Shown here piece by piece: positions 1 through 8,427 of a stretch of 30,296 nt of DNA. Numbering within the stretch: position 1 is the first letter of the stretch; each line of letters begins with the position of its first letter. Location: the IMG/VR virus record IMGVR_UViG_3300048576_000053, positions 1 through 30,296 of that record. One strand, 5' to 3'. The DNA comes from a virus. Lineage: Duplodnaviria > Caudoviricetes. The notes beneath the pieces are model-generated. The model searched no databases and was not told the DNA's origin. It saw only the letters and a list, made by a program, of their open reading frames with translations. The translations under genes were made by a program, and so were the position numbers.

Positions 1-39
1 CGGTGTTAAAAACGGTTCAAAAAGAGCTTTTTACTAACT

Positions 40-113
40 GCCCACGTAGCTCAGCAGGATAGAGCAGCAGTTTCCTAAACTGTTGGCCGGAGGTTCGAAT
101 CCTCTCGTGGGTA
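40..113 (+). tRNA. tRNA-Arg(CCT); probable prophage integration site
   Basis: Cloverleaf: acceptor GCCCACG/CGTGGGT, D arm GCTC..GAGC, anticodon stem GCAGT/ACTGT with loop TT-CCT-AA (74-76), T arm GGAGG-TTCGAAT-CCTCT. CCA is not encoded. Confidence 0.95.
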
Positions 114-172
114 CAAAAAACATTTGCGATTTTGAAACAATTTCGCACTTTTCGCCTCTCCCTTTACTTAAC

Positions 173-192
173 TGGTCATGTTTTTGGTCATG
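173..192 (+). repeat. Direct repeat TGGTCATG x2, candidate integrase arm-type sites
   Basis: TGGTCATG at 173-180 and 185-192, between the tRNA and the integrase start. Confidence 0.45.
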
Positions 193-219
193 CTTTTTCA
201 ACTTTTGGGGAGTATGGAG

Positions 220-1185
220 ATGTTTTTAGCGAAACGGAACAATGGCATATATTATATTTTTTGGGAGGAAAACGGGAAACAGAAAAAAGTTTCGACCGGG
301 GAAAAGAAAAAATCCGATGCACTCAAATTCCTGAACGGCTTTGATAAGGACAAAAAGAAAAACGCTGTTAAACATGACCTTAGTTTATTATCCCTCATAA
401 AGTATTATAAAGAGTTTTCCAAATTACATCACAAAATAGGCACTCAAAAAAAAGTAGCATATTCACTTAACCTGTTTTACAACTATGCAGGAAATATTGA
501 CGCGCGGCAAATTGATAAAACTTTTATAAACTCATTCATTCAGAAACGTTTAGCCACTACTATTTACAATGCAAGGGCAGATCTGATTTATATACGGGCT
601 TTCTTCAGTAAGCTTGTAAGTGATAGCATACTTGAAAATAATCCATGCAATAAAGTTAAGCCGATAAAGCCGCCTGAGAAACTCCCTGTTTTTTTAACGA
701 AAGAAGATTATAATAAATTGCTTAGTGTCGTTAAAGATTCTTCAATAAGAAAAGCAATTATAATATCGGCTAATACCGGATTACGCCTGACTGAATTAAG
801 CACATTAACAAAAGAGAATATTGATTATAAAAACCGGATTCTTTATTTAACGAATAGAACACAAATTACGAAAACGGATAAAGTGCGGTCGATCCCCTTG
901 AATGAATCTGCCTTTGAAGCTTTGCAGGACTTTCAAGGTTTCCCAGGTTATTGTAACCATAGAATAAGCAGGTGCTTTAAGACGGCAGTAAGAAAAGCAG
1001 GTATAAATGAGAATATCCATTTCCACTCACTCCGCCATACTTTTGCAAGTTGGCTTGTTCAAAAAGGTGTGTCGTTATATGAGGTATCAAGATTATTAGG
1101 GCATACAAATATTAAGACTACTCAAATATACTCTCACTTAGCGCCGGGTAATTTGATAAATGCGGTTAAGAAATTAGATGAATAA
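220..1185 (+). CDS. int: Tyrosine recombinase / phage integrase
   Basis: Catalytic motifs TGLRLTEL, TKT, HSLRH, LLGH, TQIY. Start most likely ATG 214 or 220 after GGGGAG/GGAG, rather than 178. Confidence 0.95.
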   Translation: MFLAKRNNGIYYIFWEENGKQKKVSTGEKKKSDALKFLNGFDKDKKKNAVKHDLSLLSLIKYYKEFSKLHHKIGTQKKVAYSLNLFYNYAGNIDARQIDKTFINSFIQKRLATTIYNARADLIYIRAFFSKLVSDSILENNPCNKVKPIKPPEKLPVFLTKEDYNKLLSVVKDSSIRKAIIISANTGLRLTELSTLTKENIDYKNRILYLTNRTQITKTDKVRSIPLNESAFEALQDFQGFPGYCNHRISRCFKTAVRKAGINENIHFHSLRHTFASWLVQKGVSLYEVSRLLGHTNIKTTQIYSHLAPGNLINAVKKLDE

Positions 1186-1263
1186 GAATCGAAAAAAATT
1201 AATGCAAAAAACAAAAAATATTCTTAATTTGCTTTATCATTAACAGCTGGGAGTACCAAAATA

Positions 1264-1692
1264 ATGATTTTCTTAAATCCCTCTATAATTGCCGCTATTA
1301 TGTCCATATTGGTTTCTGCCCTTGTATCGTTCTTAGTGAGCAAAAAAACAGATCATAGACACCTTAGCGACCAATTAGATGAGTTATTAAAAATCAGCAT
1401 ACAATACCCTTATCTGGAAAGTGAATTATTTGCTGAGAGTTGGGAAGCAAACAGAAAATCACAAGATGATAAATACTTGCGTTATGATTTGTATTGTACT
1501 CGGTTATTCAACTATTTCGAAAGGCTTGCGAAATATCACAAGTATAATGCTGATAAGATTGCAAACGATGTAGCTATTAAGGATTGGGTAAGGCTACACC
1601 GAAGCTATTGGAATAATCCTCCTTCAAAATATGAAAATGTCGATAGCTATGTGAAAGAATTCAGAGACTTAATAGGTACATATCTAAAATAA
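1264..1692 (+). CDS. Hypothetical protein with a single N-terminal TM helix (accessory/moron gene)
   Basis: 142-aa ORF with GGGAG RBS; hydrophobic SIIAAIMSILVSALVSFLV followed by KK and a helical soluble domain. Confidence 0.8.
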   Translation: MIFLNPSIIAAIMSILVSALVSFLVSKKTDHRHLSDQLDELLKISIQYPYLESELFAESWEANRKSQDDKYLRYDLYCTRLFNYFERLAKYHKYNADKIANDVAIKDWVRLHRSYWNNPPSKYENVDSYVKEFRDLIGTYLK

Positions 1693-1709
1693 AAAGAGGG
1701 GTAACAACA

Positions 1710-2426
1710 ATGAACAAAAAAATATTATTAATTGGAAATAGCGATGGGTTGCCGGGAGTGAAAAAGGATTTTGTCAATTATGAATCTTTTTTTATGAGTC
1801 CAATCGGTGGAAATTGGTACAATACGGAAATAATAAGGATGATGAATCCATCGCAACAAAACTTAAGAAACGAACTGAAAAGATTACAATCGCTTAAGCT
1901 CGATTATTTGATTGTAATGTTTAGTGGACATGGGGGACAAGCAAGAGAGGTCGTAATTGAAATAAATGAAAAAGAAGAAAGAATATACGAATCTGAATTG
2001 GTGAATATTGCCGAACGACAGATAACGATTCTTGATTGTTGCAGGGTTCGGATTGCTGAATCGATTAATCTATCTGATTCTGTGATGATGAGAAAGGCGG
2101 CCACAACAGAAATAAATACGAGACAAGAATATGAAAAAAGAATTATGCAAGCTATTCCGCAACAAGTAAGACTGTTTGCTTGCAAAGTTGGGGAAACAGC
2201 AGAAGATACTTCTGACGGTGGAATTTATTCTCTTAAATTAATTTCGGCTGCCAAATACTTCGATACTGATTATTTAACTATTGGGAAAGCTCATTCTGAG
2301 GCCACTACAAATACAACGGTTTCCACGAATTATAGACAGCATCCGGATTCAATATTGCCAAAGTGCTTATCCAGTCAAGACTTAATCATAAGCATAAATC
2401 CAAGATTAGGGAAGAAATCTTTTTAA
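1710..2426 (+). CDS. Caspase-like cysteine protease (peptidase C14 / metacaspase-like)
   Basis: KKILLIGN first strand, FSGHGG (catalytic His), ILDCCR (catalytic Cys), LFACKVGETA..GGIYS. AGAGGGG RBS. Confidence 0.88.
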   Translation: MNKKILLIGNSDGLPGVKKDFVNYESFFMSPIGGNWYNTEIIRMMNPSQQNLRNELKRLQSLKLDYLIVMFSGHGGQAREVVIEINEKEERIYESELVNIAERQITILDCCRVRIAESINLSDSVMMRKAATTEINTRQEYEKRIMQAIPQQVRLFACKVGETAEDTSDGGIYSLKLISAAKYFDTDYLTIGKAHSEATTNTTVSTNYRQHPDSILPKCLSSQDLIISINPRLGKKSF

Positions 2427-2442
2427 TAATAAGCATGATTCT

Positions 2443-2470
2443 ATATAGCCTCTTATACAAGGGGCTATAT
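2443..2470 (+). terminator. Hairpin after the caspase gene
   Basis: ATATAGCCTCTT-ATAC-AAGGGGCTATAT, a 12-bp stem with one G-U pair. No clear U tract. Confidence 0.55.
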
Positions 2471-2620
2471 CGTCATATCAAGGCAGCACTCCCGAAACGC
2501 TCATAAATCGCTTATAAGCTCGTTTCTCCCGAAATACGACTATTTATAGGATATTGCAGATTTAGCTTGCCAGAGGGCAGGGATTTAAGCGAATCGGGGT
2601 AAAACAAGGGGTATTTATAG

Positions 2621-2650
2621 AGGAAACGGGCTATTACGGCCCGTCTCCCT
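2621..2650 (-). terminator. Terminator-like hairpin ending the late/lysis transcript
   Basis: Minus strand AGGGAGACGGGC-CGTAATA-GCCCGTTTCCT, just after the lysozyme stop. Confidence 0.6.
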
Positions 2651-2662
2651 ATTTTGGAGTGA

Positions 2663-3175
2663 TTATGAAGTGAAAATTTCCTGAATGGCCGATTCAATTT
2701 CGGGAATGGATTTCTTTTGTAATTGCAGAGCCGTTTTCTGCCAGTCTCGATTTTCAAAGATTAACCTTTCTGCAGTACGACGAATTAGCAAACCTTTCAA
2801 TGTATTTCCGGCCGCATCTTTAGTATAAAGCAACATTTTACTTTTATAAAGGTTCCTATCCTGATTAAGATAGTCTGCCAGTTTCGGGAAGCTGCGCAAA
2901 TTGTAGGCTTGTGAGATTACACATACAGATTCATTATCATTCAGATCCGTCGATACATTATCATTAGCCCTTTTCAAAGCATTCTGAATATCGACTTCAA
3001 AACGTGCGTCAATTTCTGCATCTGTAATTTTCAGGCCGGGTGTTACATTTGAAGTTGAGCCAAGTCCGATAGTCCAAACGCCGCCGGAATCTTTATAGGC
3101 TTCATGCTTACGCCCTTCAAAGAAAGAAATGAATTTATTTACTTTCTGTATTATTTGTGGATTCAATATTATCAT
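2663..3175 (-). CDS. Endolysin, GH24 phage lysozyme
   Basis: FEGRKHEAYKDSGGVWTIGLG shows the E-x8-D-x5-T triad; C-terminal LKGLLIRRTAERLIF. Confidence 0.92.
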   Translation of the reverse strand: MIILNPQIIQKVNKFISFFEGRKHEAYKDSGGVWTIGLGSTSNVTPGLKITDAEIDARFEVDIQNALKRANDNVSTDLNDNESVCVISQAYNLRSFPKLADYLNQDRNLYKSKMLLYTKDAAGNTLKGLLIRRTAERLIFENRDWQKTALQLQKKSIPEIESAIQEIFTS

Positions 3176-3461
3176 TTTTCCGTAGCCCTTTTATGTCTTT
3201 GTACTTATCAATTCCTTTTTCTGCGACTGCTGTTATTCCAAACAACCCTGCTATGCAATCGAAACCGATTGAAATGTTTTCTAAGTTGTTTGAAATAAAA
3301 TCTGCCCCGGCTCCGACTGCTGTATGTTTAGGAATTAACCTGGCAAGCAATCCGGCGCCGATTGCGATAAAGCGTTTTTTCCCTTTAAGGAACTCCCAAG
3401 CGTCGGAAAATATCTCTTTCGATTTATTCCCGACGTTTGAGAGGAAAGAATTATTCTCCAC
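3135..3461 (-). CDS. Putative holin / lysis membrane protein
   Basis: Two hydrophobic segments, GKKR motif and charged C-terminus; adjacent to the endolysin. Confidence 0.55.
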   Translation of the reverse strand: MENNSFLSNVGNKSKEIFSDAWEFLKGKKRFIAIGAGLLARLIPKHTAVGAGADFISNNLENISIGFDCIAGLFGITAVAEKGIDKYKDIKGLRKNDNIESTNNTESK

Positions 3462-3894
3462 TTGCGATATCCTGAATGAGGTCTTTGATTTCGTTAATTA
3501 TCGTAATGGCTCTCTTAACATATCTGAATAATGAAGCTTTATCGATAAGGTAAAGAGACGCACTTAATACATCGGTGATCTGCTGTATCTCAGCGTCGGT
3601 GATTTTGTCCAATACTTCTTTCGGAATTTCTTTAAGAGCGTTTATTACCTTCGGTAATTTGAAACCCTCTGGTAAAAATTCCAGAAATTCAGCAGTAGTA
3701 ATTTTAGAACCGCCTGCCGAATCTGTTGCGGTTACTTTATATATATCGTTTGTGGCCGATACTACAAAGCCCACAACCGTGCAAAGATTTTCTACTGTTT
3801 TTGTATCTTCAACCATTTTTAACTCCGTTGGTGTTTTATGTTTAGTTAATTCAACATTTGAAAGGTCTAATCCTTTCGGTTTTAATTCGTCCAT
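3451..3894 (-). CDS. Hypothetical protein in the lysis region
   Basis: 147-aa ORF with GGAGG RBS, overlapping the next gene. Confidence 0.7.
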   Translation of the reverse strand: MDELKPKGLDLSNVELTKHKTPTELKMVEDTKTVENLCTVVGFVVSATNDIYKVTATDSAGGSKITTAEFLEFLPEGFKLPKVINALKEIPKEVLDKITDAEIQQITDVLSASLYLIDKASLFRYVKRAITIINEIKDLIQDIASGE

Positions 3895-3897
3895 TTA

Positions 3898-4176
3898 TCA
3901 TCCCTCCGTGCTGTGTTGAAATTGACAATCTTTTTTCTTAACAAATTTATCTATCATTAAAAGCTGTAATTCATTGTGCCGCCTTTCCGCGTTTAATTCG
4001 TTTTGACTTATTTCCGCGCGTACTCTCTGAAATTCTTTTATGTAATTCTTTTCGATTCCATCGCTTCGCGCGTCCGCATTTTCAACGCGTTTATCGAGCC
4101 ATGTAATTTTATTTTTAATGAACCATCCGAGTGCGCCGACTATAACGCCAGTACCTGCAAGAAGAATATTTTCCAT
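3898..4176 (-). CDS. Small membrane protein (N-terminal TM + coiled coil), holin/antiholin-like
   Basis: ILLAGTGVIVGALGWFI followed by a heptad-rich charged region. Confidence 0.6.
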   Translation of the reverse strand: MENILLAGTGVIVGALGWFIKNKITWLDKRVENADARSDGIEKNYIKEFQRVRAEISQNELNAERRHNELQLLMIDKFVKKKDCQFQHSTEG

Positions 4177-4179
4177 TAT

Positions 4180-4371
4180 TTATTGCTCCGCTTTATTATC
4201 ATTTTCAGCAATCCAGTTGTTTGCTATTATTTGAATGTCGCTTAATAATTCTTCCTGACTCATATTTAATTGTTCATCTGTCAAAGGGTTCAAATATTCC
4301 CCATATTTTTCATGTATTATCTGATAGCATTTTTTGCCAGTAGCCGGGTCTGTAATTATGCTAATAGTCAT
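4180..4371 (-). CDS. Small acidic hypothetical protein after the fibre (possible fibre chaperone)
   Basis: 63 aa, TAATG-coupled to the fibre stop, GGAGG RBS. Confidence 0.6.
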   Translation of the reverse strand: MTISIITDPATGKKCYQIIHEKYGEYLNPLTDEQLNMSQEELLSDIQIIANNWIAENDNKAEQ

Positions 4372-7300
4372 TATTGTATCTCCTCCACTATCATTTCGGT
4401 ACCGCTGTAAACAGTAGTCGTTCCGGCGGCCTCTTTCCTTGTTTGCACTGCAATCGTCCCCGCGGTCGTACTCATATAAACGGTTATATCAGATATAAAA
4501 TATGCCTGTTGATTTGCGCTGGAATAGACAATGGTCGTATTGCCGACATAGTGTTCCTGATTGACGGTTTCCATTTTCCAAGTTGTAAACGATGACATTG
4601 TTGCATCTGTCGGCAAAGACATGAATAATGTTGCAGAACCTCCGGAATTATCGTTCTTCATTGAACCTTTCATTATGATATGATATTTCTTACTGGCCGC
4701 TGCCGAAAACGAAAGGCCGGTTACGGTTACATAATCAGCGGAAGTAGTAGTGAAATTTGATGTCCTGCGGTATGAAGTAGGGCCGGTATAAGCTTTGGGT
4801 GATATAAGTTGGAAATTTGTGCCGTCATAAATAACACTGATAAGCTGACCTGCAATTATATCTCCAGTCTGTAAATCAACATTATAATTTTTCTTTACAT
4901 ATTTGGGGCCGACAGAATTAACGTTCAATGTAACTGCATCGGTATTGGCAACATTTGCCAGAAAGTGTATAACCATACCAGTCGTATAAGATGTAATTGC
5001 AGGTGATAATGTAATAGCAAAGGCATCTGTTGAACCGGACGCGGCGGCATAAACTAAACTGCCGCTTTGTACTTTTGCCTCTGTTACTCCACCGCTACTC
5101 GAAGATGTTCCCCACGTTCCATCGCCTCTAAGCGTTTTTAACGAATCTCCGGGCAGTTTAGGAAGTAAACCGTGCATCGATGTCGAAGCGTTTTTGGTAG
5201 TAATATCAGTAAAAGTAATGTCGCTTTCCTGAATGTCCGCTCCGGCTGTAACTAAGCCTTTAGAATCGTATGTAATTTTAGTTTTAGTAGCTCCGGTTAT
5301 CGCTGTATTTTTAGCCGTGTAATATCCGTCTGCCGTTGCTTTAGAAATTGCGCTTGCTTCAATACCTGATAATTTCGTTTGCTCCGTTGCAGTAAAAGCC
5401 TTATTAGTTGTACCGCTTGCAATATCGTCCTGTGTTAAAGTTATATCCGTGCTTAATGCCTTACTGTTAATCGTCCGGGTATTCGGTACTGCCGTGAAAC
5501 CAAGCGCGTCCTGTTTATTACCCCATGTAGTTTTTTCAGTATCAGTAACAAATCTATAGCTTGCTGTCTGGGTAACTTTTGACGCATCGAGAGAGCTTGA
5601 GGCAGTAAGATAATTTGCTAAAGCATGATTACCCCATGAATAAGCCGCGTTTAATTTTCCTAACAGATTAAGAGTAAAAGCAGTATTCAATGAATCAATA
5701 ATTGATTTGTTTGAATGTGAATGCAAACTCGAATATGCAAGGTCGTAATTTGTTTTTAACGCCGTTGTAAACGATTCCGATGTATTATCTAAAATAGTTT
5801 TATTACTATGTGAATGAATAGCGTTGAAAGCTGAATTTATTTTGCCCTTTAGCGAAAGAGTGAACGCAACATCTGTTGAGTCCAATAATGCTTTATTTGA
5901 ATGAGTGTGAGTATTGGTATAAGCCGTGCCGAAATTAGATAGCTGTGTACTTGTCGGTATAGCGTAACCGGACGTAAGCGATAAGATACCAGTTGAATTA
6001 CTGTAATCTATACCTGTAATGCTTGAACTGATTGCCGCCCTTGAAAGTGCATCTGAATAATATTTGTTAGTTGTACCCTGTGAAAGATTATCTGTATTCT
6101 TAGCCGCAAACTTCGTATTGAAGCCCGTCGGAGTTAAATATTTTAAGCTATCCGCAATATTTAATTTTGCAGTTAATACATTGTAAAGGTCTGTCTGATC
6201 TGATAAACTCCCCTGCAATGTTCCCCAAGACGGCGCTCCGCTTGATACCGGCTTTAATTCAAATACCCAAACGGAATCCCTCCATACAGGTATATAGCCA
6301 TTTGTAGGTGTGGCATGACTCCATTTGTGCCCCTGCAATAGATTTGCGTTCCACTGTGCTGTAGTATTGCCGACCTGCGCGGCTGTTACTGCATGAGGAT
6401 TAGAAGTGCTATTCACATGAGTGCTTAAATCCGTACTGTTGGCTTTATTATTTAATAAAGCATTTGTTTCACTTTTGGAATAAGTAAGTGATTTGTTATA
6501 AACAGAATCTTTATTAGCCGGAATAAAACCGATTGTATTTTCTTTTCCGCTTAATAAATTATTGATTTCTGTTTTCGTATAAAGAGACGACTTCAAATAA
6601 ACGGAATCTAATTGAGCCGGTGTATAGCTTAAAAGATTTTGTTTTGCGTTCAATAAATTATTTACTGCTGCTTTGGTGTAAACATTTGCCGTGTCCGCTT
6701 TCAAGGCAGCCCTGGCATTTGTATAATATTTATTGCCGGTTCCCTCTGTTAAATTATCACTTGTTTTGCTGCTGAAATCAGTATTAAAGAGAGAGCTTGA
6801 ATAGTATTTATTTGTGGCTCCCTGAGTGATATTATCAGATGTTTTAAGGCTTAACCTTGAATCAAAGGACGTATTGAAGTTAGCGGAATTGAATTTCAAT
6901 CCAAATAAAGAGTCCGCTGTGATTTTAGTATAAACTCCGAGTTGCCCGGCAGTAACGTTGTGAGGGTTTGAAATATTGCTAATATGGTTATCGTAACCGC
7001 TTTTAATAGAGGTTGTAAACGCCTCTGTAATTAAATCCAACGTGCTTTTATTGCTATGAGAATGAGCATTACTAAAAGCGGATGCTAAATTGCTTATTTG
7101 AGTATCGGTTACAAAGCGGTATGAACTCGATTGAGTAATATTAGCCGGATTTGTAGCATCAATATTCGGCACGTTGCTTAAACCGATTTGAGTTTTATTT
7201 ACATTATGAGGGTTTGAAAAGTCCCGCACATGTGCGTTTACAGTTCCGGTATCTGCTTTAAGAGCCGATCTGTTTGAAGTATAGAATAAATTGTTTAATC

Positions 7301-7970
7301 CCTCTGATATGTTATCAGATGTTTTAAGGCTTAAACGGCTGTCAAAAGATGAATTGAAATCCGCACTATTTAATTTGAGTGCTAATAAAGAATCGAGCTT
7401 GTGCTCCGATACTTTAGCTGTATCAAGTTTAGCATTAAGCATGCCGTCAATCAGTAGCTTGCTGTAAAGCGATTCACCTGTAAAAGTATCGCCGCTTCTT
7501 TTTACGAAAAATCCATTAGTAATTTTTGAAATATCGATTGCAATAAAACGGGTTGCATTTGTCGGCAAATCTATTCCGTCGAATGGAGTCCTTATGTCTC
7601 CGATAATATTAAAGCTTCCTGTAAAGATTGTAAGAACATGGCTTGTATCGGCCTGTGTTTCGATGTCATAGAAGTAACTACCGGCTGTCAAGTCCCAAGT
7701 GTCATACTTTGTTAAGCTTACGCTTAATGTAGTCTTACCAGATGAATAAACTGCCGTTATTGTATTATCGGTATTCGATTTATCGATAAGCCTATTTGAA
7801 GATTCCAAGCGGTCTTTTTTAACAGTGAAATAAATATTGCCAGTAGAATAATCCCCGGCAGCTGTAAAAGTTAAAGTCTTTGAATCCCCCCGATATACAG
7901 TAATATTATTCGATACCTGACCGAATAAATTAGCTGTTATAAAAAGTAATATTAAAATATATTTATTCAT
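4371..7970 (-). CDS. Long repeat-rich tail fibre / receptor-binding protein with signal-peptide-like N-terminus
   Basis: Start at ATG 7970 after AAAGGG. BppU-like N-terminal domain (ITVYRGDS..YFYDIE); NPHxV, HxHSNK and TxDNxxxGxxNKYY repeats; KITYDSKGLVTAG motif; beta-rich C-terminal domains. Lies between tail tip and lysis genes. Confidence 0.8.
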   Translation of the reverse strand: MNKYILILLFITANLFGQVSNNITVYRGDSKTLTFTAAGDYSTGNIYFTVKKDRLESSNRLIDKSNTDNTITAVYSSGKTTLSVSLTKYDTWDLTAGSYFYDIETQADTSHVLTIFTGSFNIIGDIRTPFDGIDLPTNATRFIAIDISKITNGFFVKRSGDTFTGESLYSKLLIDGMLNAKLDTAKVSEHKLDSLLALKLNSADFNSSFDSRLSLKTSDNISEGLNNLFYTSNRSALKADTGTVNAHVRDFSNPHNVNKTQIGLSNVPNIDATNPANITQSSSYRFVTDTQISNLASAFSNAHSHSNKSTLDLITEAFTTSIKSGYDNHISNISNPHNVTAGQLGVYTKITADSLFGLKFNSANFNTSFDSRLSLKTSDNITQGATNKYYSSSLFNTDFSSKTSDNLTEGTGNKYYTNARAALKADTANVYTKAAVNNLLNAKQNLLSYTPAQLDSVYLKSSLYTKTEINNLLSGKENTIGFIPANKDSVYNKSLTYSKSETNALLNNKANSTDLSTHVNSTSNPHAVTAAQVGNTTAQWNANLLQGHKWSHATPTNGYIPVWRDSVWVFELKPVSSGAPSWGTLQGSLSDQTDLYNVLTAKLNIADSLKYLTPTGFNTKFAAKNTDNLSQGTTNKYYSDALSRAAISSSITGIDYSNSTGILSLTSGYAIPTSTQLSNFGTAYTNTHTHSNKALLDSTDVAFTLSLKGKINSAFNAIHSHSNKTILDNTSESFTTALKTNYDLAYSSLHSHSNKSIIDSLNTAFTLNLLGKLNAAYSWGNHALANYLTASSSLDASKVTQTASYRFVTDTEKTTWGNKQDALGFTAVPNTRTINSKALSTDITLTQDDIASGTTNKAFTATEQTKLSGIEASAISKATADGYYTAKNTAITGATKTKITYDSKGLVTAGADIQESDITFTDITTKNASTSMHGLLPKLPGDSLKTLRGDGTWGTSSSSGGVTEAKVQSGSLVYAAASGSTDAFAITLSPAITSYTTGMVIHFLANVANTDAVTLNVNSVGPKYVKKNYNVDLQTGDIIAGQLISVIYDGTNFQLISPKAYTGPTSYRRTSNFTTTSADYVTVTGLSFSAAASKKYHIIMKGSMKNDNSGGSATLFMSLPTDATMSSFTTWKMETVNQEHYVGNTTIVYSSANQQAYFISDITVYMSTTAGTIAVQTRKEAAGTTTVYSGTEMIVEEIQ
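6832..7334. repeat. 23-bp exact direct repeat within the fibre gene, 480 bp apart
   Basis: TTATCAGATGTTTTAAGGCTTAA at 6832-6854 and 7312-7334, within the duplicated FDSRLSLKTSDNI segments. Confidence 0.85.
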
Positions 7971-7983
7971 TTGTTGCCCTTTC

Positions 7984-8427
7984 TTAAATTCGTGGAATGT
8001 CGATTGCATCTAAAGAAATCATTTCGATAATGACGATATCGCGCGTGTCGTTTTGTTTTAACGGCCTAATAATTACGTCGGTAATATAGAATCGCGCGTT
8101 TGTTGCTGTGGCGCCGTAAACTTTTATAAACCCTGCATCTGTATGCAGTTTGAAATAAACCTTTTTCTTATAGAACGAACTAAGTAAACTTTCATAAGCC
8201 GTTTTATCTGCCGGACTTGTCATTTTGTGTAAATTGATAAGTATTTCAACATCGGCAAAATTCCCTCTATCGACGACCTCCCGCCTTGCGGATATTTCAT
8301 CTTCATGTATAAGGTCGCGCGCGTTTTTTTCACATTTATTAACGATTGAATAGTAAAGTGTTAAGCCCGTCGAGGTACTAATGTTTTGTATGTATGGTAA
8401 ACCAGTTCCTGTTATGCTTGTTTTCAT
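7984..8427 (-). CDS. Putative tail tip protein (possibly Dit-like)
   Basis: 147-aa beta-rich ORF; assigned by synteny only. Confidence 0.5.
   Translation of the reverse strand: MKTSITGTGLPYIQNISTSTGLTLYYSIVNKCEKNARDLIHEDEISARREVVDRGNFADVEILINLHKMTSPADKTAYESLLSSFYKKKVYFKLHTDAGFIKVYGATATNARFYITDVIIRPLKQNDTRDIVIIEMISLDAIDIPRI

Noticed and set aside
1186-1263. Specific promoter call for the moron genes (TTAATTTG near 1223-1230)
   Set aside because: Only an imperfect match to TAnnTTTG in very AT-rich DNA; too weak to report as a feature.
1710-2426. Caspase-like protein as the missing prohead protease for the coat leader
   Set aside because: It is on the opposite strand in the moron slot with no late-promoter box, and the leader junction (GGVIV/AN) has no obvious Asp or Arg P1. 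Not excluded, but unsupported.
4371-7970. Diversity-generating retroelement or invertible cassette acting on the fibre
   Set aside because: No reverse transcriptase or invertase in the window, and I found no second copy of the fibre 3' end. Internal repeats differ at all base types. Cannot be excluded for the unseen part of the prophage.
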